A stretch of DNA of 64,000 nucleotides from Octopus vulgaris (taxonomy: Eukaryota), in NCBI GenBank assembly GCA_951406725.2, contig OX597839.1, positions 32,798,001 through 32,862,000 of the forward strand, read 5' to 3'. The notes beneath the pieces were generated by a model. The model saw nothing but the letters and a program-made list of their open reading frames with translations. It was not told the origin of the DNA and did no database searches. Made by a program: the position numbers and the translations under genes. Below, piece after piece: positions 40,500 through 54,646 of the stretch. The stretch's first letter is position 1. The number at the start of each line of letters is the position of its first letter.

Positions 40500-41320
40500 T
40501 GTGCAATATAAATCTTGAAATGCAGGAATTGTTGCAGTTTCGGAATCTCCGCCGTCGATATAGGGTGTTCATGTAAAGATAAAAACAAAAAAAAAAATAT
40601 CCCAAAGAGGGTGCGATCCCTGATCTTTACCTCCTCCGATTTATACATGCCCCGGTGACCGATCTATGAAATTTGGGGAATGATTTACCGTATGGGGGTG
40701 AATGTAACCGAGTATATGGAGATTACAATAGCTTGCCAAATTGTCAGCCCTAACAGCAGTTCCTGGAAGAAAGCTTTGTTTGGTAACATTCTCCAACGTC
40801 TCTGTTCTTCTATGGGGTACACGTTGAAGAAACCCTTTTCTGGTTGAGGTGTCATAACATCCGACAACCCAAGTTTTGCGACACATTCTTCCAACATTGT
40901 TCTCGCTATTGAAGAACAGGCTTTCATCGATCTCCACTGTATGATCCGGACCACCAATAGGAGTTTTGTCCCGCAGCAGTTTTTCCGGACAAACATCTCT
41001 ACAGAACTGGTACCACTGAACGGCAGTTTTTTTTTATATCAATGCAGTTCATTCTTGCAGATATCGTCACAGGCAATTCGAAAATAAAATCAAACACTAA
41101 ATGAAAAATTACATATAATGGCAGCTTAGAGTTTTCTGTAAAAGTACCTTTCCTGATGGAAAGAGGTTTTTTTCTTTACATTTAGCGCACTTTCTGTTGA
41201 CAAACCCGTCAATAGAACGACTAGGATTTTGGAAATTCATCGAATGTTTGCAAGCACACGTTTTTTCGTTGGCAATATGTTTTTGTCTTCAGATAATCTA
41301 TAATGTTCTCTGGTGCAAGG
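40500..41320 (-). mobile_element. Decayed Merlin (IS1595-like DDE) transposase pseudogene
   Basis: Across frames: 'DGFV..KCAKCK..SIRKGTFTENSKLPL', 'TAVQWYQFCRDVC..IGGPDHTVEIDESLF..NVGR..TWVVG', 'LPGTAVRADNLASY..LGYIH.HTVNHSPNFID', 'YRRRRF'; frameshifts, and the catalytic-E region is disrupted. Confidence 0.85.
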
Positions 41321-41677
41321 TACAGTAAAAGTTCCAATTTGGGGGTACACAATGTAAAATAAATTCGGAAAAATAGCAACAGCTCCTTCTTTTTAAAGGG
41401 TACAAATATTGTCAAGAAGAAGAAGATGATAATTGTTGCTGATGAGATGGTTGTGGTAGCTTCTTGATTTCAATTAGAGTTTACGGAAATAATGTACGAA
41501 CTTGTGCGATGTTAATGCTTCGAATTTTATATTTAATTGTGATAATGAAACAATGGGTTCAGTCCTTACCGCCTAAAAAATATATATATCTTGCAAAAGG
41601 ACCCACACACACACACAAACACATACACATACCAACACAATTTCAGAAGCATAGCAACAGTTGCTTCTTGTTGTGAA

Positions 41678-41778
<101 letters not shown>

Positions 41779-42089
41779 CGACACGACGACGACGACGACG
41801 ATGATGATGATGATGACGATGATGATTTTTGCTGATAGGATGGTTCACACACACACACATCTACACATTTACACCTAGGGTCCCGTAAATAAACATAGAT
41901 GAAGTCCCGTTTTGGAAGTATGTTCCTTATGCATTCCAAAACCGAGTTGTCGATTTTCACGAATGAGGTATCACAAGATTCAGTACTATTTCCACTACTA
42001 ATTAAACTTTATTTTCATTGACATATTTGAATTACAATAATTTAAAATTAGAATTTTTTCCCAGACATCATGATGACGTCACATTTTCA

Positions 42090-42688
42090 GGCGGCGAGCT
42101 GGCAGAGTGGTTAGCACGTCGGGCGAAATGCTTAGCGGTATTTCGGCTGCCGTTACGTTGTGAGTTCAAATTCCGCCGAGGTTGACTTTGCCTTTCATCC
42201 TTTCGGGGTCGATAAATTAAGTACCAGTTACGCACTGGGGTCGATGTAATCGACTTAACCCCTTTGATTGTCCTTGTTTGTCCCTTCTGTGTTTAGCCCC
42301 TTGTGGGTAGTAAAGAAATAGGTATTTCGTCTGCCGTTACGTCCTGAGTTCAAATTCCGCTGAGGTCGATTTTGCCTTTCATCCTTTCAGGGTCGATTAA
42401 ATAAGTACCAGTTACGCACTGGGGTCGATGTAATCGACTTAACCCCTTTGTCTGTCCTTGTTTGTCCCCTCTATGTTTAGCCCCTTGAGGGTAATAAAGA
42501 AATAGGTATTTCGTCAGCCGTTACGTTCTGAGTTCAAATTCCGCCGAGGTCGACTTTGCCTTTCATCCTTTCGGGGTCGATAAATTAAGTACCAGTTACG
42601 CACTGGGGTCGATGTAATCGACTTAATCCATTTGTCTGTTCTTGTTTGTCCCCTCTGTGTTTAGCCCCTTGTGGGTAGTAGAGAAATA
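42090..42688 (+). mobile_element. SINE family B, one head plus three tandem bodies
   Basis: ~184-bp body repeated three times after a single GGCGGCGAGCTGGCAGAG head. Confidence 0.85.
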
Positions 42689-42824
42689 ATGTGTGTGTGT
42701 GTGTGTTTGGTGTGTGTGTGTGTATGAGTATGTGTGTGTGTGCGTGTGTGCGTGTGGAAAGAGAGTCATATAGAGTTATCTCCCCTTAGATAATTAATTC
42801 ACCGGCGGCGCTATCGATACTTCT

Positions 42825-42932
42825 GTTGCTATGACAGCAAATGTAGTTTGAATGGGTTTGCAAAGATACAAAATAATAAATAACAACAACAACAACAACA
42901 ATCATCATCGTTGGAGACGTTGCCACGGAGAG
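42825..42932 (+). promoter_or_regulatory. Two RFX X-box-like motifs upstream of the CFAP100 start
   Basis: GTTGCTATGACAGC (42825-42838) and GTTGCCACGGAGAG (42919-42932), compared with X-box GTTGCCATGGCAAC; RFX regulates ciliary genes. Confidence 0.65.
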
Positions 42933-42948
42933 AGTCTGACCTGTGAGG

Positions 42949-42982
42949 ATGGAGGACGATACTCTGAAGTCTTCGAGGACAA
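42949..42982 (+). CDS. CFAP100: CFAP100 putative first coding exon (MEDDTLKSSRT)
   Basis: ATG in good context (AGGATGG) right after the X-boxes; GTAATA donor in phase 1 matches the next exon. Confidence 0.6.
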
Positions 42983-43054
42983 GTAATATTCTGGGATGTT
43001 TCTATTCTGGGGGTTTTCTATGGATGTCTGTGTGTGTGTGTGTGTGTGTGTGTT

Positions 43055-44010
43055 TGTATGTATGTATGTATGTTTGTATGTATGTATGTATGTATGTATG
43101 TATGTATGTATGTTTGTATTTATGTATGTATGTGTGTAGGTATGTATGTATGTGTGTATGTATGTATGTATGTATGTATGTATGTATGTATGTATGTATG
43201 TATGTATGTATGTATGTATGTATGTATGTTTGTATGTATGTATGTATGTATGTATGTTTGTATGTATGTATGTATGTGTGTATGTATGTATGTATGTATG
43301 TATGTATGTTTGTATGTATGTATGTATGTTTGTATGTATGTATGTATGTTTGTATGTATGTATGTGTGTATGTATGTATGTATGTATGTATGTTTGTATG
43401 TATGTATGTATGTATGTATGTTTGTATGTATGTATGTATGTATGTATGTATGTTTGTATGTATGTATGTATGTTTGTATGTATGTATGTATGTTTGTATG
43501 TATGTATGTGTGTATGTATGTATGTATGTATGTATGTTTGTATGTATGTATGTATGTGTGTATGTATGTATGTATGTATGTATGTTTGTATGTATGTATG
43601 TATGTTTGTATGTATGTATGTTTGTATGTATGTATGTGTGTATGTATGTATGTATGTATGTATGTTTGTATGTATGTCTGTATGTGTGTATGTATGTATG
43701 TATGTATGTATGTTTGTATGTATGTATGTTTGTATGTATGTATGTATGTATGTATGTATGTATGTATGTATGTTTGTATGTATGTATGTTTGTATGTATG
43801 TATGTTTGTATGTATGTATGTGTGTATGTTTGTATGTATGTATGTTTGTATGTATGTATGTTTGTATGTATGTATGTATGTATGTTTGTATGTATGTATG
43901 TTTGTATGTATGTATGTTTGTATGTATGTTTGTATGTGTGTATGTTTGTATGTATGTATGTTTGTATGTATGTATGTATGTATGTACATATGTATGTTTG
44001 TATGTATGTA
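43055..44010 (+). repeat. (TGTA)n tetranucleotide array, ~0.95 kb, in CFAP100 intron 1
   Basis: Directly visible. Confidence 0.95.
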
Positions 44011-44375
44011 TGTTCGTATGTATATATGTATGCATATATGGGTGTGTTTGCATATGGGCATGTAGGTATTTAGGTATTTGTGCGTGTGTTTGTATATTTA
44101 TATGTATCTCTCTTTGTCTCTATCTATATACATACATACAAACGTGTGTGTATATATATATATATGCATTCAAAATGTGACCTCGTGTGTACCGTTGGCG
44201 ATTTTTTTTCCTCTGTCTTCCCTTCTCTGGACCTTACCTTTTTCTATGTTTCCAACGAAGAGCTCCGCTCGAAATGTTAAACCCTCTTTCTTTCCTGAGC
44301 GTCCAATAATACTATATTTGTTCCACGTTGTTGTATTTTTTTGTGCTTTCTTGTTTAGATTAACTATTTATGTAC

Positions 44376-44414
<39 letters not shown>

Positions 44415-44423
44415 CATAAATAG

Positions 44424-44470
<47 letters not shown>

Positions 44471-45179
44471 TCTTTTAGTTGTTCAGTCATTTGACTGCAG
44501 CCATGGTGCAGGACTTATTCTTTGTAAGCCTAGTACTTATGCTATCGATCTCTTTTGCCAAACCGCTAAGTTACGGGGACGTAAACACACCAGCATCCGT
44601 TGTCAAGCGATGTTGGAGGGGCAAACACAGACACACAAACATATACACACACACACACACACACATGCATGTACACATATGTACATGCATGCATATAGAT
44701 ATGTGTGTGTGTGTTCCTGTAAAGTTCCTGGCTTTAAGGGTGTTGCAAAAGACAGGTTGTGGGCCCAAACTTCAGAATTCTTTTACAGGATTTAAAGAAC
44801 TGAAGGGCCAATACAATAAGTGTGAACCTGAGGGGGGAATATATTGAATAAAATCATAATTAACTGATCCTCCTGTATTTTCTTTTGGGGGCAGTGCGGA
44901 TTCCCAGCATTACCCATGGGAGTTGGTCGATCCAGTTTGGCCAGTTAAACCTGGTTGTCAGTGATTCCTTCAGGTACCCAAAACCAGAACTTTCCAGCTC
45001 CTTCCCTCCTAAATATATGGTAGGTGTGTGTATAAAGAGAGAGTGTTAGGGGAGCACATAGCATAACTGAATAAGTTCTCTTTATAATCTCTCTTATAAT
45101 CTCTCTTATAATCATGTCAATTTAGCTACAGTTTCTGTCTGCTCAGTTCCACACATCATGTCAATCATGAAATCATGGG

Positions 45180-45420
45180 TTCAATCCGTCTGCAAAGCAC
45201 CCTGGGTCGATTGTGTTTCACTACACGCCATCCCTTCTGTGTGGAACTGAGCTGACAGAAACTGTAGCCAAATGAGCCTCACTTGAGCTTTGTAGTGTCT
45301 CGGTAATTCTTCGTGGCTGAAGAGTCTTCTGGTTTTGAAGAGAAAAGCCATTTTTTGAGATGCGGTTCTAGCTTGGTTAACGATATGCTTTGGCCATGAA
45401 AAATCACACACTTTATATTT
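45180..45420 (-). mobile_element. CR1/L2/Crack-like LINE RT fragment
   Basis: 'DFSWPKHIVNQARTASQKMAFLFKTRRLFSHEELPRHYKAQVR' matches the post-RT 'LSWxxHI...ASxKLxxL...YKAxVRP' region. Confidence 0.7.
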
Positions 45421-45716
45421 GTCCCTATTCTATTTCATGTCCATTGTCTGGAAATCTTTTGTCACACATCTGTGACCTCTTCAGTGACACCCTCTGCCTT
45501 CCTGTAACCTCCTACTCCATTTAGTCCATTCTGGGAGAATAGACTAAACAGAGCAGAAGCACACATGAGGATATGAGGATGGAAAGTGTCGCTGAAGAAG
45601 TCACAGGTGTGTGACAAAACATGGCTATCCCAAAATACAACTATATATTTCTTTACTAACACATCTGTTTGTTGTCTACACCACCTGTCTTCGTCTTTTG
45701 TTTTTTTGTGAATTCC

Positions 45717-45762
<46 letters not shown>

Positions 45763-46218
45763 CTTGTGAGTGGATTTGGTAGACGGAAACTGAAAGAAGC
45801 CCGTCGTATATATGTATATGTATATATGCGTGTGTGTGTTTGTGTGTCTGTGTTTGTCCCCCTAGCATTGCTTGACAACCGATGCTGGTGTGTTTATGTC
45901 CCCGTTACCTAGCGGTTTGGCAAAAGAGACCGATAGAATAAGTACTGGGCTTACAAAAGAATAAGTCCCAGGGTCGAGTTGCTCGACTAAAGGCGGTGCT
46001 CCAGCATGGCCGCAGTCAAATGACTGAAACAAGTAAAAGAGTAAAAGAGTATATGTGTGTGTGTGTGTATTTCACGTTATTTATTTATGTAAAGGTTTAT
46101 TATATATGTATATATATATATATATATGTGTATATATATGTGTATATATACATATATATGTATGTATGTGTATATATATATATATATATATAATGCTGAT
46201 ATATTGTTTCTTTATCAG

Positions 46219-46310
46219 GTGATTCGTCATATCCCAAGAACCCCTTCAAGATGGCAATCGATGCAGACATTTTTGAACTCCGCGAAAAAGAGAGGATGAT
46301 CAAGAACGAA
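46219..46310 (+). CDS. CFAP100: CFAP100/CCDC37 exon (DSSYPKNPFKMAIDADIFELREKERMIKNE)
   Basis: tttatcag acceptor, gtgagt donor; resembles CFAP100 'NPF...DIFLLRDKER'. Confidence 0.88.
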
Positions 46311-47022
46311 GTGAGTAAAAAGCTTTGGCAATACCTAAAAGTCCGCTGCCAATGGCTGGGAGGACAACTACGAGAACCATAAAATGAGGATATTTCTTGC
46401 GAGTCGCAAAGACAAAAAATGTTTTTGTAAAGCGAGGAAAAATTGTATGGATCGAGTTAGCTCCCTTGCACTGTAACTTGAAAGCTCCAGGGTGGACAAC
46501 TTATTATATAATTCGTTTCTACTCTAGGCGCAAGGCCCGAAATTTTTAGGGAGGGGACCAGTCGATTAAGCCGACCTCAGTACGCAACTGGTACTTAATT
46601 CATCGACCTCGAACAGATGGAAAGCAAAGTCGACCTCGGCGGAATTTGAACTCAGAACATAAAGATAGCATTTCGCCCGGTGCGCTAACGTTTCTTCTAG
46701 TTCGCCGCCTTAACAACTCGTTATAATTGTTACGGATCGAGAGTTCGGGTGTACAAATGTTTCATAATGTAGTTGTATATATGTATGTATATATAAGGCG
46801 GCGAGCTGGCAGAAATGTTAGCACGCCGGGCGAAATGCTTAGCAGTATTGCGTCCGCCGCTACGTTCTGAGTTCAAATTCCGCCGAGGTCGACTTTGCCT
46901 TTCATCCTTTCGGGGTCGATTAAATAAGTACCAGTTACGCACTGGGATCGATGTAATCGAATTAATACGTAAGTCTGTCCTTGTTTGTCCCCTCTATGTT
47001 TAGCCCCGTGTGGGCATTAAAG

Positions 47023-47063
<41 letters not shown>

Positions 47064-47237
47064 AAATAAGAAAATGGAGAAATACATCTAAATCAAATAT
47101 CAGTTACCAGATAATACTCAATCACATACTTTATTATATCACCACATAAGAAACTATAGGGTTAAACATAAAAAAAGTTGAGCAAAACAGTGTACATAAA
47201 GGAGTATACAACCCCTATCTCAATTTGTATATATATA

Positions 47238-47787
47238 CAGTAATGCTTCGATATGCAGGTTAATTTGTTCCTGGAGACTGCTTATAAAACCCAAAACTGC
47301 GAAGCTGAGCAATAATTTCCCATAGTAGTAATGTTATGAACCGTTATTAGTTCCCAGAAGAAAAGTTTTATCTATAAGATTTCTTATACTCGTAATTAAA
47401 TGGCAATAAAACAACAGCAAATTGTACAGAATATTTTATGCAAAGTGGAAAGAACGTCAAAAGGATTTACAATAAAAAATATTATTGTTATTATAATCGT
47501 TTTCTGAATTGTTTTGCCTCACATAAGATTTGAGCACAACATCACTTGTAGACATAATCATTGACTCACATGGACTTGTAGAGTTCTTTTTAAAAACCAA
47601 GCCTAGAGTTTTTTGCTTAGAAGAAGCTTTTTTTTTTTTTTCCGCTCTCAATAAATTTCTCGGCAGCATTTGTTATGGTAGTCGAAATTTTTGCACTTTG
47701 TTCAAATTTTGGATCTTGTGCTAGAAAAATAAAACTCGTAAACCCAGGGTCTTGTAAAACATGTCCCCGTAAAGTGAGGTATTACTG
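47238..47787. mobile_element. pogo/Tigger-type MITE
   Basis: TA-CAGTAATGCTTCG ... GAGGTATTACTG-TA termini. Confidence 0.7.
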
Positions 47788-47851
47788 TATATATATATAT
47801 ATATATATATATGTGTGCGTGTGTTTATGTATGTATATGTATGTGTGTATG

Positions 47852-47882
<31 letters not shown>

Positions 47883-48370
47883 ATATATAGGATGGAGTTT
47901 TCCGTCAGTTTCAGTGTATGAAGATCCGACAATCTACACTTTCTTTGATGGACTGGCATCCCGTCCAGCTAGGGGTAACACATATGCCATAGAAACTGGG
48001 AAGCCAGGCCCATGAGCCTGGCTAGGCTTGAAAAGGGTGCATAAAAAAAAAAAATATATATATATACATACATACACACACACACACATATATATACATA
48101 CATATGACAGGCTTCTTTCAGTTTCCGTCTACCAAATCCACTCACAAGGCTTTTGTCAGCCTGAGGCCTTAATAGAAGACACTTGCCCAAGGTGCCAAGC
48201 TGTGGGACTGAACCTTAATCCATGTGGTTGGGAAGTAAACTTGTTAAGCACACAGCCACACTTGCACCTGTGTGTGTGTGTGTGTCTTCATATTTTTACA
48301 CAATCAACCTGAAATTAATTTTTAAGGTGTCACGTACTCAATACCTGTATCCCTTGTCGTTGGTCTCCAG

Positions 48371-48545
48371 GAGAGGTTGAAACAGAAGAACCTGAAGATC
48401 CACCAGAAGGTCACGTATGCACACAAGATCAAATCCCACAAAAGAATTACCATGAAACCAGATGAGGACCTGGAAGAAGAGGGAGAAGAAGAAGAAAGCA
48501 AATCCGTCAAAGATGATTCCCAGTTCACCATTGCCATTACGAAAG
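48371..48545 (+). CDS. CFAP100: CFAP100 exon (ERLKQKNLKIHQKVTYAHK...DDSQFTIAITK)
   Basis: ctccag acceptor, gtgggt donor, phases 0/1 consistent; 'VHQKMTY'-like motif. Confidence 0.9.
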
Positions 48546-48633
48546 GTGGGTAACGACAAATGTTTTAAATGGTGTTTTTTTCTTCTTTTTTATTGTTATT
48601 TGGACATTTGAGTGTTTGTGTGTTTATATATAT

Positions 48634-48665
<32 letters not shown>

Positions 48666-48749
48666 TATATTAAATTAGAGATAAAACCACTATTAGGCAA
48701 ATCAAACAGTGAAAAACTTAAGCCAATACATACTCTCTCTCTTTTTTTT

Positions 48750-49161
48750 TTCTTTTTACTCTTTTTACTTGTTTCAGTCATTTGACTGCGGCCATGCTGG
48801 AGCACCGCCTTTAGTCGATCAAATCGACCCCGGGACTTATTCTTTGTAAGCCCAGTACTAATTCTATCGGTCTCTTTTGCCGAACCGCTAAGTGACGGGG
48901 ACGTAAACACACCAGCATCGGTTGTCAAGCAATGCTAGGGGGACAAACACAGACACACAAACATATTCACACACACTTATATATATATACATATATACGA
49001 CAGGCTTCTTTCAGTTTCCGTCTACCAAATCCACTCACAAGGCACTGGTCGGTCCGGGGCTATAGCAGAAGACACTTGCCCAAGATGCCACGCAGTGGGA
49101 CTGAACCCGGAACCATGTGGTTGGTTAGCAAGCTACTTACCAAACAGCCACTCCTGCGCCT
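48750..49161 (-). mobile_element. SINE family A copy (CFAP100 intron)
   Basis: Full-length motifs. Confidence 0.85.
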
Positions 49162-49336
49162 AAATTAATTTAATTTATATTATTTTAAATATATATCAAA
49201 AGTATTAAAAGTTTAATAAAAGATAATGAGTAAAACACTACGATCGTTTCATGGCTGTCCAATTCGTAATAATTCGAGTTATGGTTACAGTCAATCTTCA
49301 GGTGATTGAAATATTTATCTTAGCGAGGTTTAGCAA

Positions 49337-49386
<50 letters not shown>

Positions 49387-50891
49387 TGTGTGTATGTGCA
49401 TGAGTGTTTATATATATTAGCATGTGTATATATGAATGAGTGTGTGTGTGTATATATGCTTGAGTGTTTATATATATATATATATATATTAGTGTGTGCA
49501 TATATGAATGAGTATGTGTGTGTGTGTGTGTGTGTGCATGAGTGTGAGAGATTTGTGCATGTGAAGTGGACATTAAAACGATGATGATGCCCTTCCTAAT
49601 GCCAACCACTCCGAGAGTGTAGTGGGTGCTTTTACTGCCATGCCACCGGCACAAGGGCCAGTCAGGCGGTACTGGCAACGGCCATGCTCGAATGTTGTTT
49701 TTCAAATGCCACTGGCACATGTGCCAGTAAGGTGACACCGGCAGCGATCACGCTCAAATGGTGCTTTTTATGTGCCACTGGCATGGGAGCCAATCCGTGG
49801 CCCTGGTAACAATCACGCTTGGATGTACTTTTAATGTTCCACTGGCACGAGTACCAATCAGGCATTACTGTCATTGGCCACGTCAGCAATTTTGACGACA
49901 GGCTTCTTTCAGTTTCCATCCACCAAATCCACTCACAAGGCTTTGGTCAACCCGAGGCTATAGTAGAAGACACTTGCCCAAGGTGCCATGCAGTGGGACT
50001 GAACTTGAAACCATGTGGTTGAGAAGCAAGCTTCTTACCACACAGCCACTCTTGTTTGTGTGTGTGTGTGTGTGTGTGTATTCACTTGCAAGATTTTGGT
50101 CAGCCCAGTACTTTGGTAGAAGACACTTGCCCAAGGTGCCACGCAGTGGGACTGAACCTGAAACCATGTGGTTGAGAAGCAAGCTTCTTACCACACAGCC
50201 ACTCTTGTTTGTGTGTGTGTGTGTGTGTGTGTATTCACTTGCAAGATTTTGGTCAGCCTAGTACTTTAGTAGAAGACACTTTCTCAAGATGTCACAAGGT
50301 GGGACTGAACCTGAAACCATGTGGCTGGAAAGCAAACCCATGGCTTACTTAGCCACACAGCCACATTTCTGCCTATAAAACTATATATAATATATACACC
50401 CATCTCTTATTTTAATCAGGATTTTATTACAGAAAAGTACAGTATTATACGTGCCATTTTTATGGTGTGTTGGCACTGGCTCAACAAACAGAACCGTCTT
50501 TCTTTCAGTTGTGTCAAAGACTTTCAAGAATGGACAGAACAATGAATGAATGTTTCTTGCACCAAGGACTTGACTTTACCATATGTTACATTATGTTTAA
50601 TTTAGGCCGAGGTGGACCGTGCTAGATAAGTGTGACAGTGGCTTAGGCACAATAACATCTGAAATAGAGTAGCTGGCCTACTTTTACGTTTATTACCCAC
50701 CACCACCACCACCACCACCACCACCCCCATCACCACCATATATAAATTTACACGCACACACATATATATATGTGTGTGTGCATATATATATACATATATA
50801 TATCATATCTATCTATCTCTCTCTCTATATATATATACATACATACATACACACACACACACATATATGTATATATACATACATACATACA

Positions 50892-50925
<34 letters not shown>

Positions 50926-50961
50926 CATACATACATACATACACCTTCCACGCTGCAATTG

Positions 50962-51006
<45 letters not shown>

Positions 51007-51014
51007 TAGATAGA

Positions 51015-51050
<36 letters not shown>

Positions 51051-52235
51051 TATATATACACATATATAGATAGATAGATATATACATACATATATACATA
51101 CATACACATGCATTTACATATATATGCATGTATGTATATATATATATATATATGTATGAGTATACACACACACCCACACATACACAATATTTGATATTTA
51201 CAGAATGGAAATCAATGCATTTGATTCTAAAGACATCTCTGTTTGATATTCTTAGGCACACCTGTGCGCATGTGTGTGTGTGTGTGTGTGTGTGTGTAAC
51301 TTGATATGAAAGACCTACTTGTCTGTGTGTCTATGTTTGGAAACATACAATGCATATGTATGTGTTTGTGTCTCCGTGTGTGTGTGTGTGTGTTGATATG
51401 AATGGATTGTTTGTCCTTGTTTCAATTGCCTATGTTTGTGTATGGATGCGTGTCTTTGTGGTTTTATAGACATTTATACGCAAGTGTGTGTATGTAAAGG
51501 TATGACAAACATCCAGCGTACAAGAAACTTCTGGTTCAATACCCGCAAGTGATTCTTGGCGTTGATGGGGATGATAACAACCCTTTCTACTCTAGGCACA
51601 AGGCCTGAAATTTTGGTGGCTGGCAATATGTGCATCTCTGATCAGAAGCAGAAGTAATGGCGGAGCATCATAGCCATGTGTTGAGAGGGATTCTTTGCGG
51701 TTTGGATAATTCACCTTTGGAAACATGGGTGTTTCGTTCAACATCCTTAAACAACTCTTATTCAGGGATCTTTCGAGCAAGATGGGGTACTCGACCTGAA
51801 GAAAATTCTAACTGGGCCCCCACTTGCAAGGTCATTCGCTGTTTATCTTGATATGAGATCACCATGTCGCGCACATATGGTTGTGATGCATGTGCCTAGT
51901 GTACCCTTAACAGACGGGTATTCACGATGGGTACACTGGGCTTCAGATATTTGTACTCCAGTGTCACTTTTAATGGCATGCTCTGCTCTCTCACTCAATA
52001 ATAATAATAATGTACCAGGCAGTGGCTCTCATGGCTTCTGATCTGAACTGATTGGAAGTGTTATCATGTACATTGTTTTGTCTTGGTATAAAAGATGGCC
52101 TACAGCAAATATTCTGCTCAATACCACAGATTTGCTTGTCAGTTGTTTGACCATAACTCAATAATAATAATAATAATCTTATTGTTCCTTTACCTTTGGG
52201 AGGATTAACGTCAATCCTTGAATATTAATAATAAT

Positions 52236-52273
<38 letters not shown>

Positions 52274-52378
52274 TGATAATATAACAAAACTGTTTTCTTT
52301 TTCTATTTTATTATTTTTTTTATTTCTGATTTTATTTCATTGTAATTCCTTGTAAAAACTATTTTCTCTGCTGACCAG

Positions 52379-52446
52379 ATCGAAGATTTGAAAGAGAAAC
52401 CATCGGTGAATATATTTCCAAGAAGAGAGAGATGTTTCGTGTCCAG
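52379..52446 (+). CDS. CFAP100: CFAP100 exon (DRRFERETIGEYISKKREMFRVQ)
   Basis: accag acceptor, gtttgt donor; 'KREMFxxQ' starts the DUF4200 region. Confidence 0.9.
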
Positions 52447-53246
52447 GTTTGTTGCTTCTACACACATTCTACCCTTCTCATGGGCGTAACTGAAGGATAA
52501 GTCAACTAGGAATACAGGGAGACCGGCCATGTAGTTTATCATCATCATAATTATTTAACATCTATGCTGCATGAAGTGGATGGTCTGACCAAATCAAATG
52601 GGCCTAAACCAGTGGTTCTTAGCCATGGGTCTCAAGCATCTTTCCAGTGGCCCCTAATAGTTTTCCCTCTATAAATACAGTAGACTTTTCTCTGACTGGC
52701 TTGTGTTTTATATTTTTGGTGTGGCCCCTTACAGAAAACCAGGTTTTGGATCCAGCCTGGATATTAAAATGGTTGAGAACCATCGGTCTAAGAACACCCT
52801 TGTGCTCCTTTGATGTCTGCTTTGGCCCTTCCTGGGCACCAACTAGTTTCAGAAGGCAATGGGGGGGTTCTTCCATGCCTCCTCCAGCACTGGTGGGGGG
52901 GTTGTCGTGCAGCTCACAAGACAATGAAGTGCAAGGAGGGGAGCAGGTTATGCTAGGAAATAAGGGGTCCGAGTAGGAGAGAAGGGGTCAGAGCTGGTTC
53001 TTGTGGAGGAGCTGTATGACTACTCACATTCAAAAGAGAAGATGAGACTGCTCTTCGGAAACTGCAATGTCATCATCATCATCACCATCATCGTTTAATG
53101 TCTGCTTTCTATGCTGGCGTGGGGTGGATGGTTTGACTGAGGACTAGCAAGCCAGAAGGCTGCACCAGCTCTTATAATAATCTTGCCCTCAGATAATATT
53201 GAACTCATATTAAATAACATGGCTTTCATAAACACTATTGCTCTCT

Positions 53247-53505
53247 TAACCCTTTTGTTTCCCTATTTCTGTTGAGCTGTTTTGTGTTTCTTTCAATTAA
53301 TCTTAAATATAACAAAAGAATTTAGTAAAATAAACTTAGTTAGGCGCAGGAGTGGCTGTGTGGTAATTAGCTTGCTAACCAACCACATGGTTCCGGGTTC
53401 AGTCCCACTGCGTGGCACCTTGGGCAAGTGTCTTCTGCTATAGCCCCGGGCCGACCAATGCCTTGTGAGTGGATTTGGTAGATGGAAACTGAAAGAAGCC
53501 TGTCG

Positions 53506-53536
<31 letters not shown>

Positions 53537-53890
53537 GTTTGTGTGTCTGTGTTTGTCCCCCTAGCATTGCTTTACAACCGATGCTGGTGTGTTTACGTCC
53601 CCATCACTTAGCGGTTCGGCAAAAGAGGCCGATAGAATAAGTACTGGGCTTACAAAGAATAAGTCCCGGGGTCGATTTGCTCGACTAAAGGCGGTGCTCC
53701 AGCATGGCCGCAGTCAAATGACTGAAACAAGTAAAAGAGTAAAAGAGAGAGAGTTATCATGAAGCTAGTGTTAGGAACATAAATTGTGACTAAGGTTTGG
53801 TGGAAGATTTTAATTCAGAACTAATGAAAACAAGACATTTGTACTCAGAGCCAGAGGTGGTTTCAGCTGGGTTGGTATTAAAAGGGCTAA
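53247..53890. mobile_element. piggyBac-type MITE containing a SINE family A insertion (53342-53750, +)
   Basis: TTAA-CCCTTTT ... AAAAGGG-CTAA ends; SINE flanked by AGTTA. Confidence 0.6.
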
Positions 53891-54054
53891 AATATATGAC
53901 ATCACTTTCATAATATACCTAAATGTATGTCACAGATCTGCGAGGTATTCACAGACCTGTGACATATTAATACACACTCCTTTCCGGAGAATTTGATCGG
54001 GATGGAAACCATGATAACACAGATACATACATACAAACATACATATGTATGCAC

Positions 54055-54087
<33 letters not shown>

Positions 54088-54561
54088 ATTATATTTACAC
54101 TCACACACACACACACACACACAAATATGCGAACATTAGCAAAATATTCGTTGTGTTGTTCTAGACAATAATAGATTTTATTGTAGCCTTGGACTGCAGG
54201 TATGTTGGGTGGGTTGGCGTGTGGGAGGGTGGGGGGGCGTTGATGTCGATTCGTATTCCCTACTGGGACATGTTAGGTATGAACACACCCAGACACACTT
54301 ATATACACACATATATACACAGCCAGATGCATGTATATACATATACACATGACTCAGAGTGTATACAGATATTGTGTTTTATCTTTTATTCTTTTGCTTC
54401 TGTTCAGTCAGTTGACCGTGGCCATGCTGGGGCAGCTTGAGGAATTTTTAGTCATGTGATTCAACACCAGTACTTTTTTTTCTTAAGCCTAGTACTTATT
54501 CTATCGATTATTTTTGCTGAACTGCTAAATGGTGAGGGACAAACACTGTCACAAACACACA

Positions 54562-54646
<85 letters not shown>

